From assembly GCA_031426295.1 (NCBI GenBank), contig JANPKZ010000012.1, positions 6,099 through 70,098 of the forward strand: a stretch of 64,000 nt of DNA. The letters run 5' to 3'. Positions within the stretch are counted from its first letter, which is position 1; each line of letters starts with the position of its first letter. The notes under the pieces are model-generated. The model saw only the letters and a list, made by a program, of their open reading frames with translations. It was not told the DNA's origin and did not search any database. A program made the translations under genes and the position numbers. Of the stretch, positions 1 through 9,472 are shown in pieces. The stretch comes from Saprospiraceae bacterium. GTDB lineage: Bacteria; Bacteroidota; Bacteroidia; Chitinophagales; Saprospiraceae.

Positions 1-492
1 ACAAACTTTATTGTTGTTGGAAATTTTCCTTACAACATCTCCAGCCAGATCGTTTTTCTGTGTCTTCAATACCGATCACGTGTTCCGTTTATGGCGGGGA
101 TGTTTCAACGTGAAATGGCCTCGCGGATCTGTTCTCCGCCTGGCAGCAAACAATTTGGCGTGATATCGGTGCTCGTCCAGGCATATTACCGACCTGAGTT
201 TTTATTCGCCGTAAAACCGGGTTCATTCAATCCGCCACCCAAAGTGCAAAGCAGTGTCATCTCTCTGACCCGATACAGAACAGAAATTGAAGGCCTCACA
301 TTTCAGCAGCTACGGCGTGTGGTGAAAATTGCTTTCAGCCAGCGACGCAAAAAAGTCAGGAATACATTAAAAGACCTCATCCCGGAAGAAACATTACGGG
401 AGCTGCAGGTCGTTGACCTGCGACCTGAACAACTAACTGTTGATCAGTTTATCGCGCTGGCGAAACTTGCCATTCCAGATCAGCTAACATAA
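1..492 (+). CDS. rsmA: 16S rRNA dimethyladenosine transferase RsmA/KsgA, 5'-truncated by the window edge
   Basis: Frame 1 is open from nt 1 (TNFIVVGNFPYNISSQIVF, the KsgA GNxPYNIS motif) and runs into the listed 91..492 ORF. The C-terminal helical domain contains RRKKVRNTL. Confidence 0.85.
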   Translation, partial: TNFIVVGNFPYNISSQIVFLCLQYRSRVPFMAGMFQREMASRICSPPGSKQFGVISVLVQAYYRPEFLFAVKPGSFNPPPKVQSSVISLTRYRTEIEGLTFQQLRRVVKIAFSQRRKKVRNTLKDLIPEETLRELQVVDLRPEQLTVDQFIALAKLAIPDQLT

Positions 493-848
493 TCCTCTTT
501 GACCACAAGAGCATAATATTCATCTTCCAGCTCTAGATACCCCTGGTCGTAACAGAAGTAATAGGTTTTACCGGATTGTGTACGATACACATTTGTGAAA
601 TAATCAAAGTTGAGTCCTGCTTCCACCAATTTGACCCGGTGTGCCTTTGTTTTGCCATTAGGATTAAGCTCAGACAGGATGTTCCTGTTTTTACGGATGG
701 TATAATTGACCCGTTTTATAAAATTGCTCATCACAGCATTCTGCATGTTAAAGAACTGTGCGCGACAGTAATCTGAGCAGTATTGTTTGTCACTACGCCC
801 ATGGAGCTCAACCTGGCAGACTTTACAGTATTTTTTTTCGATACCCAT
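480..848 (-). CDS. Hypothetical protein with an N-terminal Cys-rich (CxxC...CxxxC) zinc-ribbon-like motif
   Basis: 122-aa ORF. N-terminus is YCKVCQVELHGRSDKQYCSDYC. Its 3' end overlaps the rsmA 3' end convergently by 13 nt. No family recognised. Confidence 0.5.
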   Translation of the reverse strand: MGIEKKYCKVCQVELHGRSDKQYCSDYCRAQFFNMQNAVMSNFIKRVNYTIRKNRNILSELNPNGKTKAHRVKLVEAGLNFDYFTNVYRTQSGKTYYFCYDQGYLELEDEYYALVVKEDYVS

Positions 849-918
849 GATTGGTAAGTTTATCCAATCAGTATATGTATCGAGCGAGGCAAAATGTACC
901 CTGCCAAAGGCACTTTTT

Positions 919-2889
919 TTACCAAATTTTTATTCTTTTTTCTTCATCACGGTACCAGGGGCTATCCGGATCGATTTCAAAAGCATTATAGAAGCTATCC
1001 ATATTGGACGGAGCTGCGACTGCCCTGTATAATCCTGGTGGGTGGGGATCGGTTTTGATTTGTGTTCGAAGGGCTTCGGGTCTCGTTTTTGTGCGCCAGA
1101 CAGTTGCCCAGGAAATGAAAAATCGCTGGTCTGCGGAGTAACCATCAAGTTCCTCCGGAGCTCCATGTCGGCGGTAGTATTTCTGTAGTGCATCATATGC
1201 AACACTCAATCCACCCAGATCTGCAATATTTTCACCCAACGTAAACGTACCATTTAATGGCAGATCTTCGAAGGGCGTGTAGGCATCGAACTGTTCCACC
1301 AATTGTTGCGTGTGTTCACCGAAGAAATCCCTGTCTTCTTTTGACCACCACTCCTTATAATTTCCTTCTTTATCAAAACGACTTCCCTGATCATCAAAGC
1401 CATGGGTGATTTCGTGACCGATGACAGCGCCAATGCCTCCATAATTAGCAGCCGCATCTGCTTCCCAATTGAAAAATGGCGGCTGTAGTATGGCTGCAGG
1501 AAAAACGATTTCATTGAACATTGGATTATAATAGGCATTCACAACCTGTGGTGCCATAAACCATTCGTCGCGATCTACTTCTGTTCCAATTTTTTTTGAG
1601 TCCTGTTTATATTTCCACGATACCGCATTCAGAATATTTTCTAAATAGTTACTGGTATCGCCTGAGCGTATGATAAGTCCTTCGTAATCTTTCCACTTAT
1701 CGGGATAGCCAATCTTTACTTTAAAGGACTTTAGTTTTTGAAGCGCATATGATTTGGTTGGTGCGCTCATCCAGTCGAGCTCCAATATTCTTTTAGTAAA
1801 GGCATCCACAATATCATCCACCATTTCGAGCGCTGTTTCTTTGGCGTGAGATGGAAAATGTTTTGATACAAATAATTGCCCAAGAGCTTCACCCAACAAA
1901 GCATTGATCGTTTTGATCATGCGCTCTTCCCTGGGACGCATGATATGAACGCCATCAAGTGTCTTTGAAAAAAAATCAAAGTGTGTTTGTTCAAGCCGGG
2001 TGTGTGCGTACGGTGCTGCATGATGGATCAGCATGAACGTGAGATAATGTTGCAACAATGCAGAAGGAATTGATTGTAATGTGGAATTGAAAAAGGTGAA
2101 GTATTCCGGATCAGTAACAATTACCTGTAGCGGCATCTCTGCACCTAGCGCTTGAAAATATTCATGCCACTTCCAATATGGATATTGCTTTATGATGTCA
2201 TCCATATACATCGGGTTGTAAATTTTTTCCAGTTGTCGCCGGTCCTCCTTAGACATCATGTGTGAGGCCAGATCTTTTTCTAATGAAAAGATTTGTTCCG
2301 CCGCTTCCCGGGCTTCACGCTCTGCATACGATGCTTCGTCGATGAGGAGCTTCGATATATAGTCAACATATTTTGTGCGGATCTCAATGGCCTTTTCATC
2401 TTCATCCAGATAAAAGTCACGCTCCGGAAGGCCTGTGCTGCCGGGTTCAAGATAGGCTGCATATTTTTTGCTGTCTCCCAGGTCCGGGTGTACGCTGAAA
2501 TGAATAAAAACAGCCAAGCCCCGTGTAGTAAGTGTCCCGATCGCTCCGGGAAGATTTTCTGTCTTGATTCCTTTGGCCTGGCTTAAAAATGTATCTAGGC
2601 ATTTCAACTTATTTTCCTCGATCCGGAGCAGGTCCATTCCGGATTCATAAAGCCTTCCGGCAATATTGGATGATGGCCCTTGTTCAGACAATTCCTCTTT
2701 AAGAATAGCCAGCACTTTCTTGTCTGTATCTTTTGAAAGCTCGTGAAAGCTGCCCCAGGAGCTCCGGTCTTCGGGTATTTCTGTTCGCGACATCCAGCCC
2801 CCATTCACAAAGGAGTAAAAATCCTGACCCGGACGAATAGAGGGGTCAAAATTGGCTATATCAATTCCTGATTTTTTATTTGGCGCCAT
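919..2889 (-). CDS. M13 family zinc metallopeptidase (PepO / endothelin-converting-enzyme-like)
   Basis: 656 aa. Carries the HEITHGFD (HExxH) and ENIADLGG (ENxADxGG) motifs and the typical N-terminus DFYSFVNGGW. Confidence 0.9.
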   Translation of the reverse strand: MAPNKKSGIDIANFDPSIRPGQDFYSFVNGGWMSRTEIPEDRSSWGSFHELSKDTDKKVLAILKEELSEQGPSSNIAGRLYESGMDLLRIEENKLKCLDTFLSQAKGIKTENLPGAIGTLTTRGLAVFIHFSVHPDLGDSKKYAAYLEPGSTGLPERDFYLDEDEKAIEIRTKYVDYISKLLIDEASYAEREAREAAEQIFSLEKDLASHMMSKEDRRQLEKIYNPMYMDDIIKQYPYWKWHEYFQALGAEMPLQVIVTDPEYFTFFNSTLQSIPSALLQHYLTFMLIHHAAPYAHTRLEQTHFDFFSKTLDGVHIMRPREERMIKTINALLGEALGQLFVSKHFPSHAKETALEMVDDIVDAFTKRILELDWMSAPTKSYALQKLKSFKVKIGYPDKWKDYEGLIIRSGDTSNYLENILNAVSWKYKQDSKKIGTEVDRDEWFMAPQVVNAYYNPMFNEIVFPAAILQPPFFNWEADAAANYGGIGAVIGHEITHGFDDQGSRFDKEGNYKEWWSKEDRDFFGEHTQQLVEQFDAYTPFEDLPLNGTFTLGENIADLGGLSVAYDALQKYYRRHGAPEELDGYSADQRFFISWATVWRTKTRPEALRTQIKTDPHPPGLYRAVAAPSNMDSFYNAFEIDPDSPWYRDEEKRIKIW

Positions 2890-3161
2890 TTTTTAATACG
2901 GTTTATAGCTGTTATTGAACGGGTTTGTTTGGCGGGGTGAAATTTATTTTAAATTATATTCTGTTATGACTGACGATTGTCAAAATGATTATTAAATTCA
3001 CCGCTCATTGCATTTCTGTTTTGCGGAAGGATCCGCTATGTCACCACCCCCTCCTTTTCACAATATTCTATGGTGTGGGTTTTCTTATGAATGATAGCCG
3101 GTGTATTCCGGTTCACAATATGGGGTTTATGTGGGTTGGTTGCCCCTCTGGCAACCATAGA

Positions 3162-3181
3162 CAGGGAGGTTAGCCTCCCTG
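3162..3181 (-). terminator. Possible terminator hairpin after the GH13 gene
   Basis: cagggagg-ttag-cctccctg (8-bp GC-rich stem) lies 23 nt past the stop. A second hairpin, ggttgcc-N5-ggcaacc, follows. There is no clear U-run, so this call is weak. Confidence 0.35.
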
Positions 3182-3203
3182 AACTATTTTATAACATCAC
3201 AGG

Positions 3204-5096
3204 CTAATTCTTTAGTATTCCTCCTCTTATCTCGATGATAAGAGGTCCGGGCTCATCAAGGTCTAATTCCGTTGTCCAATCAATTTTCCTGCCTGATAAA
3301 ATATCCTGACCCGTAGTATCCCCTGTGAGAAATTCAGAGAAGCGATCCATTTTTAAAGTGACAGGCTTTTCGTTTTTGTTGAGGATTACAAGGACTCTTT
3401 TTTTGTCATTATAACGGCCATACACATATACACCAGCATCGGGTGTAAAGTGTATCGTATTTCCAGTATGAATCACTTCATTTTTATTTCGCCAGTCTAT
3501 AAGATCGTGCACCAGCTTTTTCGCTTTACGTTGTGTTGCTGTTAGTCCTTTTTCTTCGAATACGTTTATTACATCATCTTTCCATCCGCCCGGAAAATCA
3601 GCACGTATGATGCCATGATCATTGTCATTGTTACCCTTGTTTTCAAGCAACACTTCTGATCCATAATAGAGCTGCGGGATGCCACGCACTGTCAGTGTGT
3701 ACGCCATGGCCATGGCAAATTTTGCGAAGTCATTTCCCAGTTGTGAATAAATACGGCTCATGTCATGGTTGTCAGCAAACACCACAAGATTTTGCGGGTC
3801 TGGATAGAGCACATCCTGCGCAAGCACATCATACAATTCAACCCACCCACTATTCCATGCCTCTGGTTTTGTCAGCGCGTTTCGTAGTGCGGCCTGTGAT
3901 GGAAAATCAAAAAGCGATGGTAGATAAGACTGATATCCGTTTGGATTCACTTTATCCTTTTGCCAGTATGCCACAATGGATGGATTGTCGTGCCACACTT
4001 CACCACTGATATTGAAGCGGGGATATTCATTCATGATTGCTTTCGCCCAATCACTCATAAAATCTTCGTCCGGATATAGGTACGTATCCATTCTGATGCC
4101 TGCAAGCTGAGCATATTCAATCCACCAGATCGCATTCTGGATGAGATATCGTTGCAAGTATGGATTGCTTGTATTGAGATCCGGCATCGTTGCCACAAAC
4201 CAACCATCCGTAAGGATCTTTTTATCGGCATCCGCTACATATAGATCCATTGATATGGACTTGCGGTGATTTGTTTGCTGATAAGGCTGTTGATAATAAT
4301 TGATCCAATCGTTTGTTGGTGGATTGGTAATCCATGAGTGGTGAAGGCCGCAATGATTAGCCACCATGTCCATGATCATTTTTATTCCGATCGCGGATGC
4401 ATCGGTCGATAGTTGTTTAAATGATTCATTCGTACCAAAACGTTTATCTACAGTATAAAAATCTGTAATCGCATAACCGTGGTACGAATGTCTCGGCATA
4501 TTATTTTCAAGCACCGGATTTAACCACACAGCACTACACCCCAGGTCCTTTATGTAGTGCAGGTTTTGTTGAATACCCTGTATGTCTCCGCCATGACGCC
4601 CATACGGTTCGTTTCTGTTTGCCGTATCTGGCATACCATCAATATTGTCATTGCCTGGATCGGCATTCACAAATCTGTCGGGAGTGATCAGGTAGATAAC
4701 ATCCTTTGTTGAAAATCCTTCCCGTTGTGATGAATTATTTGTTCTTGCAAGAATGGGGTAAGAAAATGTGGTTATCTCTTGATCGGCATCTGACAGTCGG
4801 ATCAGAACACTTCCTGGTTTACAATTTTTCTTTATTTGGAGATCGATGAATAAATAATCTTTGCTTCCGGGTGATGATGTTTGTTTAATTGTGACACCTG
4901 AATATTTCGTTTTTGCCTTTAATAACCCTATATCTTTTCCGTAGACCATCAGTTGTAGCTGCGTTTCCTTCATCCCTGACCACCAGTTTGGTGGTTCAAT
5001 TTTTTCAACAGACTGGCCCGATGTGGTGTGTAGGAAAAAGAAGAAAATGATTGGAATGAATGCTTTATAAAATGTGCGGCCGGGATGATGATTCAT
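3204..5096 (-). CDS. Secreted glycoside hydrolase family 13 (alpha-amylase / cyclomaltodextrinase-like)
   Basis: 630 aa with a signal peptide. The GH13 conserved regions are present: DMVANH, GIRMDTYLY, GEVW, FADNHD. Confidence 0.85.
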   Translation of the reverse strand: MNHHPGRTFYKAFIPIIFFFFLHTTSGQSVEKIEPPNWWSGMKETQLQLMVYGKDIGLLKAKTKYSGVTIKQTSSPGSKDYLFIDLQIKKNCKPGSVLIRLSDADQEITTFSYPILARTNNSSQREGFSTKDVIYLITPDRFVNADPGNDNIDGMPDTANRNEPYGRHGGDIQGIQQNLHYIKDLGCSAVWLNPVLENNMPRHSYHGYAITDFYTVDKRFGTNESFKQLSTDASAIGIKMIMDMVANHCGLHHSWITNPPTNDWINYYQQPYQQTNHRKSISMDLYVADADKKILTDGWFVATMPDLNTSNPYLQRYLIQNAIWWIEYAQLAGIRMDTYLYPDEDFMSDWAKAIMNEYPRFNISGEVWHDNPSIVAYWQKDKVNPNGYQSYLPSLFDFPSQAALRNALTKPEAWNSGWVELYDVLAQDVLYPDPQNLVVFADNHDMSRIYSQLGNDFAKFAMAMAYTLTVRGIPQLYYGSEVLLENKGNNDNDHGIIRADFPGGWKDDVINVFEEKGLTATQRKAKKLVHDLIDWRNKNEVIHTGNTIHFTPDAGVYVYGRYNDKKRVLVILNKNEKPVTLKMDRFSEFLTGDTTGQDILSGRKIDWTTELDLDEPGPLIIEIRGGILKN

Positions 5097-5108
5097 TGCG
5101 CTTACTTT

Positions 5109-6149
5109 TTATTTCATTTTTGAATACGGCGTGAGTGGGATTTGTAGGATAGTACTATCTGCTGCTACATAGAGATTTGAAAAAGTATCATCAAAAGCAC
5201 AATTGGCCGTAGCCTGAGGAATGAAAATCCGGGCACTTAATTCATCCGTTGGAGAAAAGATCCAGATCCCTCCGGGTCCGGTCGCGAAGACATATCCTGA
5301 AGGGTGGATTTTGAGTCCGTCAGGTAATCCATTATGCTTTGACACCTCTTCTGTGGCATCATAGAGCAGGTGAGGTTGCGGATTGTTGACCCCCGAAATA
5401 TCATACCGCATCCAGATTGCCCTGTCCGGATCTGAATTGGCTATGTACATCATCTTCGTCTTCTCGTTGAATGCAATCCCGTTTGGTCTTTTAAGATCGT
5501 CAATAATCATAACGACCACACCTTTTTTCCCAACCCTGTATACACCGGAAAAGCCTAACTCCTTTCCGGGATCTTCATCCTGACCAGGTAATCCATAAGG
5601 GGGATCAGTAAAAAACAGCTCTCCGTTGTAATAAGCTGCGTCATTTGGGCTGTTTAGCCTGTTTCCTCTCCAGTCATCTGCCAATGGAATGTATTTGGGC
5701 TCAGGATTTGTAAGAGGAGAATCCATTTTAACTACCCGACGGTCCCCGTGTTGACATATAACTAATTGATTATCATGGCTTAAAAGCAAACCATTGGAGC
5801 CTTCACGTTTTATTTCCCGCGGTCCTGTGTATCCTGATGAATCGAGCCAAACCGACAAGCCATTTGTTGGACTCCACTGATATATCTTGTTTTCCGGGAC
5901 ATCAGAGAAGATGAGTATGTCTTGGTCGGGCAGCCAAAGAGTTCCTTCTGACCATTCAAACCCTCGCGCAATAGTATTGATTGGGGTGTTTTCTGATAGG
6001 ATCTGCTTTACTGACTCATCGTATATTTCGATTTTAAAACTTTTTGGTTTCTCAGGTTGGTTTTCTGATATAGTAGCTTTTTTACCACAACCCTGTAACA
6101 TTAAAATGATGAATACACCAAAAGTGGCGTGAAAGATAATATTCTTCAT
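5109..6149 (-). CDS. SMP-30/gluconolactonase/LRE-like beta-propeller lipoprotein
   Basis: 346 aa. Lipoprotein signal ...LQGCGKK. Typical SMP-30 segments are present (NSPNDAAY..., FTDPPYG, PNGIAF, PDGLK). Confidence 0.75.
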   Translation of the reverse strand: MKNIIFHATFGVFIILMLQGCGKKATISENQPEKPKSFKIEIYDESVKQILSENTPINTIARGFEWSEGTLWLPDQDILIFSDVPENKIYQWSPTNGLSVWLDSSGYTGPREIKREGSNGLLLSHDNQLVICQHGDRRVVKMDSPLTNPEPKYIPLADDWRGNRLNSPNDAAYYNGELFFTDPPYGLPGQDEDPGKELGFSGVYRVGKKGVVVMIIDDLKRPNGIAFNEKTKMMYIANSDPDRAIWMRYDISGVNNPQPHLLYDATEEVSKHNGLPDGLKIHPSGYVFATGPGGIWIFSPTDELSARIFIPQATANCAFDDTFSNLYVAADSTILQIPLTPYSKMK

Positions 6150-6279
6150 GTCTCAAATATCTGCAGAATTATACATCTATTGTTGGCATGTGTGCGTAAT
6201 TACATCAGGCTACAAACAACAAATTTTCTGGTAGTATTAATATGCCATGCCAAGAGTAGGTTTTTCTAGCGGCATATCA

Positions 6280-6295
6280 TGTTCCACGTGGAACA
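6280..6295. promoter_or_regulatory. parS-type ParB-binding palindrome, copy 1
   Basis: Perfect 16-bp palindrome TGTTCCACGTGGAACA, which fits the parS consensus tGTTnCACGTGnAACa. Confidence 0.6.
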
Positions 6296-6324
6296 GTGTA
6301 GGATTGAAATACCTTAAGGTCTAA

Positions 6325-6340
6325 TGTTCCACGTGGAACA
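6325..6340. promoter_or_regulatory. parS-type ParB-binding palindrome, copy 2
   Basis: Identical TGTTCCACGTGGAACA, 45 bp from copy 1. Both copies are preceded by A, giving 17 identical nt. Confidence 0.6.
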
Positions 6341-6342
6341 AA

Positions 6343-7116
6343 TCATCGTATTTCACCAATATCTTCCAGGAAGGTATAAAGGAGTCGGTTAAACTCTTCC
6401 GGATGCTCCATCATTGGAGCATGTCCGCAATGATCCAATAGAAAGAGTCGGGATTGCGGAAGCAGCTCGTGGAATTTTTCACCAACGAATGACGGAGTGA
6501 TCGTATCATCTTTTCCCCATACCAATAATGAGGGCCGTTTAATCAAGTGAAGCCTTTCTCCAATATTATGTCTGAGTGCAGATTTAGCAATAGCAATTAC
6601 TCGAATCGCCTTATTCCGGTCATTAACTATGTCATACACTTCATCAACCAACTCCTTGGTGGCAACCAGGGGATCGTAAAAGGTAGACACTGTTTTAATC
6701 CTTACAAATTCATAATTACCCCTTTTTGGAAAGGTACTTCCTAAGGGCGCCTCAAATAGACCAGAACTTCCGGTTAGAGTCATGGATCTTAATAATTCTG
6801 GTTTGGCCAGTGCATAAAGAATGGCCACATGTCCTCCAAGGCTGTTTCCTACCAGGTTCAGATGATCATAGCCTTTAAACTGGACAAACTGAGTAACATG
6901 ATCCACCAGACCTGTCACTGAAAGCTTTCTAAGTGGCAGCTCAAAAATGGGAAGCAACGGAACCACCACATTGGCCTTCCCGGCAAAGCGGTCTATAATA
7001 CTTTTGAAATTACTTAGAGCACCAAACAGTCCATGCAATAACAACAGAGTCATTTCCTTCTCAGGATCAGTCTCTATGTATTTAAAGCCCTGCTCATGTT
7101 TGGTAACGATGTCCAT
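6343..7116 (-). CDS. Alpha/beta fold hydrolase
   Basis: 257 aa. HGLFG oxyanion region, GNSLGG nucleophile elbow, C-terminal DHCGH. Confidence 0.8.
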   Translation of the reverse strand: MDIVTKHEQGFKYIETDPEKEMTLLLLHGLFGALSNFKSIIDRFAGKANVVVPLLPIFELPLRKLSVTGLVDHVTQFVQFKGYDHLNLVGNSLGGHVAILYALAKPELLRSMTLTGSSGLFEAPLGSTFPKRGNYEFVRIKTVSTFYDPLVATKELVDEVYDIVNDRNKAIRVIAIAKSALRHNIGERLHLIKRPSLLVWGKDDTITPSFVGEKFHELLPQSRLFLLDHCGHAPMMEHPEEFNRLLYTFLEDIGEIR

Positions 7117-7152
7117 ACAATGGAAAATAATGTTGGTTATTGATTTGTGATA

Positions 7153-8223
7153 TTAAGGAATTCTTCTGGGTCGGATCACACGTTGAATATAAACAAGGAA
7201 AGTCAGGAATAGAATGCCGAGAACCTGGTGTAGCGCTCCGAAACTTACGGGAATAGAACCTTTACTGTTGATCAGGGTCAGAATACCCAATAATAATTGA
7301 ACAACAATAATGCCAACAGCTGCAAAGGATATCCAACGCCAGCCGGGTTCAGCCTGTCTATACCAGCGAAAAGCAAAAACTATGATGGCTATACAAATTA
7401 TATATGCCAGATACCTATGTAACACCTGGACGAGTGCCGGCATAAACCCCGATTGATCATACAGTAGCAGATTATCCTGATTCCAGTGAGTCTGATCAAA
7501 AACAATTGCTGGGATCCATTCGCCATTCATCGTGGGCCAGGTGGGGTAGTTTAAAGCGGATTTCATTCCAGAAACAAAACCTCCAAAAGCAACCTGAATC
7601 ATTACCAGTACAACCAAACCTGTAATTGCAGTTTTCCAATTATTATTCAATGGGTATGACTTATAACCTCTGTATGATAACCATGTAAAAAAGAGATATG
7701 TGAACAACGAAATTCCCAGAGAAAGATGGATTGTGAGTTTATAAGCATTAACCCACGGCCTGTTCACCAATCCTGAAGCCACCATAATCCAGCCAAAAAT
7801 GGCAGCGAGACCTGCCAACAGGACTACGACCAAAAGTCTCTTAATCAATTTTGCAGGCAGGGATTTCCGGACAAGGAAAATGAAAAAAGGAATAATAAAA
7901 ACAAACCCCATTACCCTGGCCCAAAGGCGATGAACATACTCCCAAAAGAATATAAATTTGAATTGAGACATGCTCATTCCTTCGTTAATGTGCTGATACT
8001 GAGGCGTTTGCTTATATAAATTGAAAGCCTCCAGCCATTGGGAAAGATTCAGGGGAGGCAGTGTGCCTGTGACGATGTCCCAACGGGTAATGCTAAGTCC
8101 TGAACCGGTTAATCTAGTAATTCCTCCAACCATAATCTGAACCAGGACCATGATCACGCCGATCAAAAGCCAGGTCCGGATCGCTTTGTGGTCAAGTTGA
8201 GATGTGATTTTCATGAGGCTCAA
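7153..8223 (-). CDS. ctaA: Heme A synthase (COX15/CtaA family)
   Basis: 356 aa polytopic membrane protein. GGITRLTGSGLS near the N-terminus and conserved His residues in the helices (EYVHR, HRYLA, HQVLG). Confidence 0.8.
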   Translation of the reverse strand: MSLMKITSQLDHKAIRTWLLIGVIMVLVQIMVGGITRLTGSGLSITRWDIVTGTLPPLNLSQWLEAFNLYKQTPQYQHINEGMSMSQFKFIFFWEYVHRLWARVMGFVFIIPFFIFLVRKSLPAKLIKRLLVVVLLAGLAAIFGWIMVASGLVNRPWVNAYKLTIHLSLGISLFTYLFFTWLSYRGYKSYPLNNNWKTAITGLVVLVMIQVAFGGFVSGMKSALNYPTWPTMNGEWIPAIVFDQTHWNQDNLLLYDQSGFMPALVQVLHRYLAYIICIAIIVFAFRWYRQAEPGWRWISFAAVGIIVVQLLLGILTLINSKGSIPVSFGALHQVLGILFLTFLVYIQRVIRPRRIP

Positions 8224-8695
8224 ATATACTTGAGATCGCCGTTGTCTGTGTGATGGGTGATATTGATGATATGATTATATAATTACAATATCTTATCATC
8301 ATCATTAAGGGTGTTAGTAAGTGGAAAGCATTTTTGGTTATTATTATGAAATGTAAAAAATACTTTTTTTCAACGTTAACTCACAAAATTGTTCACATGT
8401 TAGTTAGTTAATAATGAATAGTTTAAAATGGTTATCAAGATTATCAAAAACCATGTTAATAACTAAATATGTTTAATACTATTTTTCTAAATATGTTAAA
8501 AACGGGTCTTACAAAATCATCATGTGGTGAGGAAAATGAGGCTAAAAAAAATTCTTCCACAGACCCCATTTTTTATCCACATATCTTCTACGATTAGCAT
8601 CCTATATTGTGAAGAAATAAAAACAGACAAGTCTTAGAGGTCTGATCTTTATATGTGATAAACTCCTGTAATGTTTATAAGTATATAGTCAAAAT
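8224..8695. other. AT-rich divergent spacer with DnaA-box-like motifs, a candidate oriC
   Basis: 472-bp non-coding gap. It holds one perfect TTATCCACA and at least five 7/9 matches (8293, 8389, 8432, 8441, 8553). CTAAATATGTT occurs twice (8463, 8487). Confidence 0.3.
8573..8581 (+). promoter_or_regulatory. Perfect DnaA box TTATCCACA
   Basis: Exact 9-mer match to the canonical DnaA box. Confidence 0.4.
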
Positions 8696-9148
8696 ATGAG
8701 GGTTGTGATCCAAAGAGTATCATCTGCGAATGTTTCTGTAGCCGGAGAAACCATAGGTGTGATCGGAAAAGGTTTGCTGATCTTATTGGGGATTGAAATT
8801 ACTGATGAGCAACAAGATGCTGCGTGGCTCAGTGAAAAGATCCGATCAATTAGAATCTTTAGTGACGACGAGGGGAAGATGAATTTATCTGTTGGTGAGG
8901 TTGGAGGTGATATACTTGTTATAAGCCAGTTCACTTTGCATGCCAATACAAAAAAAGGAAATAGGCCATCTTTCATTGACGCCGCCCGTCCGGAACAAGC
9001 TATTCCGCTCTACAAATACTTTATTAACCAATTGGCAATACAGACAGGAAAACCCATTGCTACAGGAATATTTGGAGCCGACATGCAGGTCAGTTTAGTG
9101 AATGACGGGCCGGTAACAATCATTATGGACAGTAAAAACAAAAACTAA
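8696..9148 (+). CDS. dtd: D-aminoacyl-tRNA deacylase
   Basis: 150 aa. MRVVIQRV start, SQFTL and NDGPVT motifs. Confidence 0.9.
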   Translation: MRVVIQRVSSANVSVAGETIGVIGKGLLILLGIEITDEQQDAAWLSEKIRSIRIFSDDEGKMNLSVGEVGGDILVISQFTLHANTKKGNRPSFIDAARPEQAIPLYKYFINQLAIQTGKPIATGIFGADMQVSLVNDGPVTIIMDSKNKN

Positions 9149-9468
9149 TGACACTTCAACACGCACAAAAAGAGGTAGATGAATGGATTCTGACTCAGGG
9201 TGGAGGCTATTTTGGAGAGCTTACCAATCTTGGTATTCTTACAGAAGAGGTGGGAGAATTAGCCAGATGGATTGTCAGAAAATATGGCGACCAGAACATG
9301 AGACCCTCTGAAAGAGAAATGAATGTGGAAGAGGCGATTGCTGATGAAATGACTGACGTCCTGTGGGTGATAATCTGTCTGTCAAATCAAATGAATATTG
9401 ATCTGACTGCGGCACTTCAACAAAATCTGGAGAAAAAAACTCGTCGCGATCACAACAGGCATAAATAA
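9148..9468 (+). CDS. MazG-like nucleotide pyrophosphohydrolase
   Basis: 106 aa. EExGExxxxxxK and EExADxxxW-type helices (EEVGELARW, EAIADEMTDVLW). The start overlaps the dtd stop (TAATG). Confidence 0.75.
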   Translation: MTLQHAQKEVDEWILTQGGGYFGELTNLGILTEEVGELARWIVRKYGDQNMRPSEREMNVEEAIADEMTDVLWVIICLSNQMNIDLTAALQQNLEKKTRRDHNRHK

Positions 9469-9472
9469 CACT

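Noticed and set aside
825-838. A8/T8 homopolymer at codons 4-6 of the 480..848 ORF as a phase-variation switch
   Set aside because: A/T runs of 8 occur repeatedly inside ordinary genes in this window, for example at about 10558, 12365 and 12525, so this one is not distinctive.
2985-3173. 62-aa plus-strand ORF in the M13 peptidase/GH13 spacer
   Set aside because: It has no start context or motifs. It is Cys/His/Phe-rich and overlaps the hairpins that probably terminate the GH13 transcript.
8689-8976. 95-aa minus-strand ORF opposite dtd
   Set aside because: It is antisense to a canonical dtd gene and is a shadow ORF.
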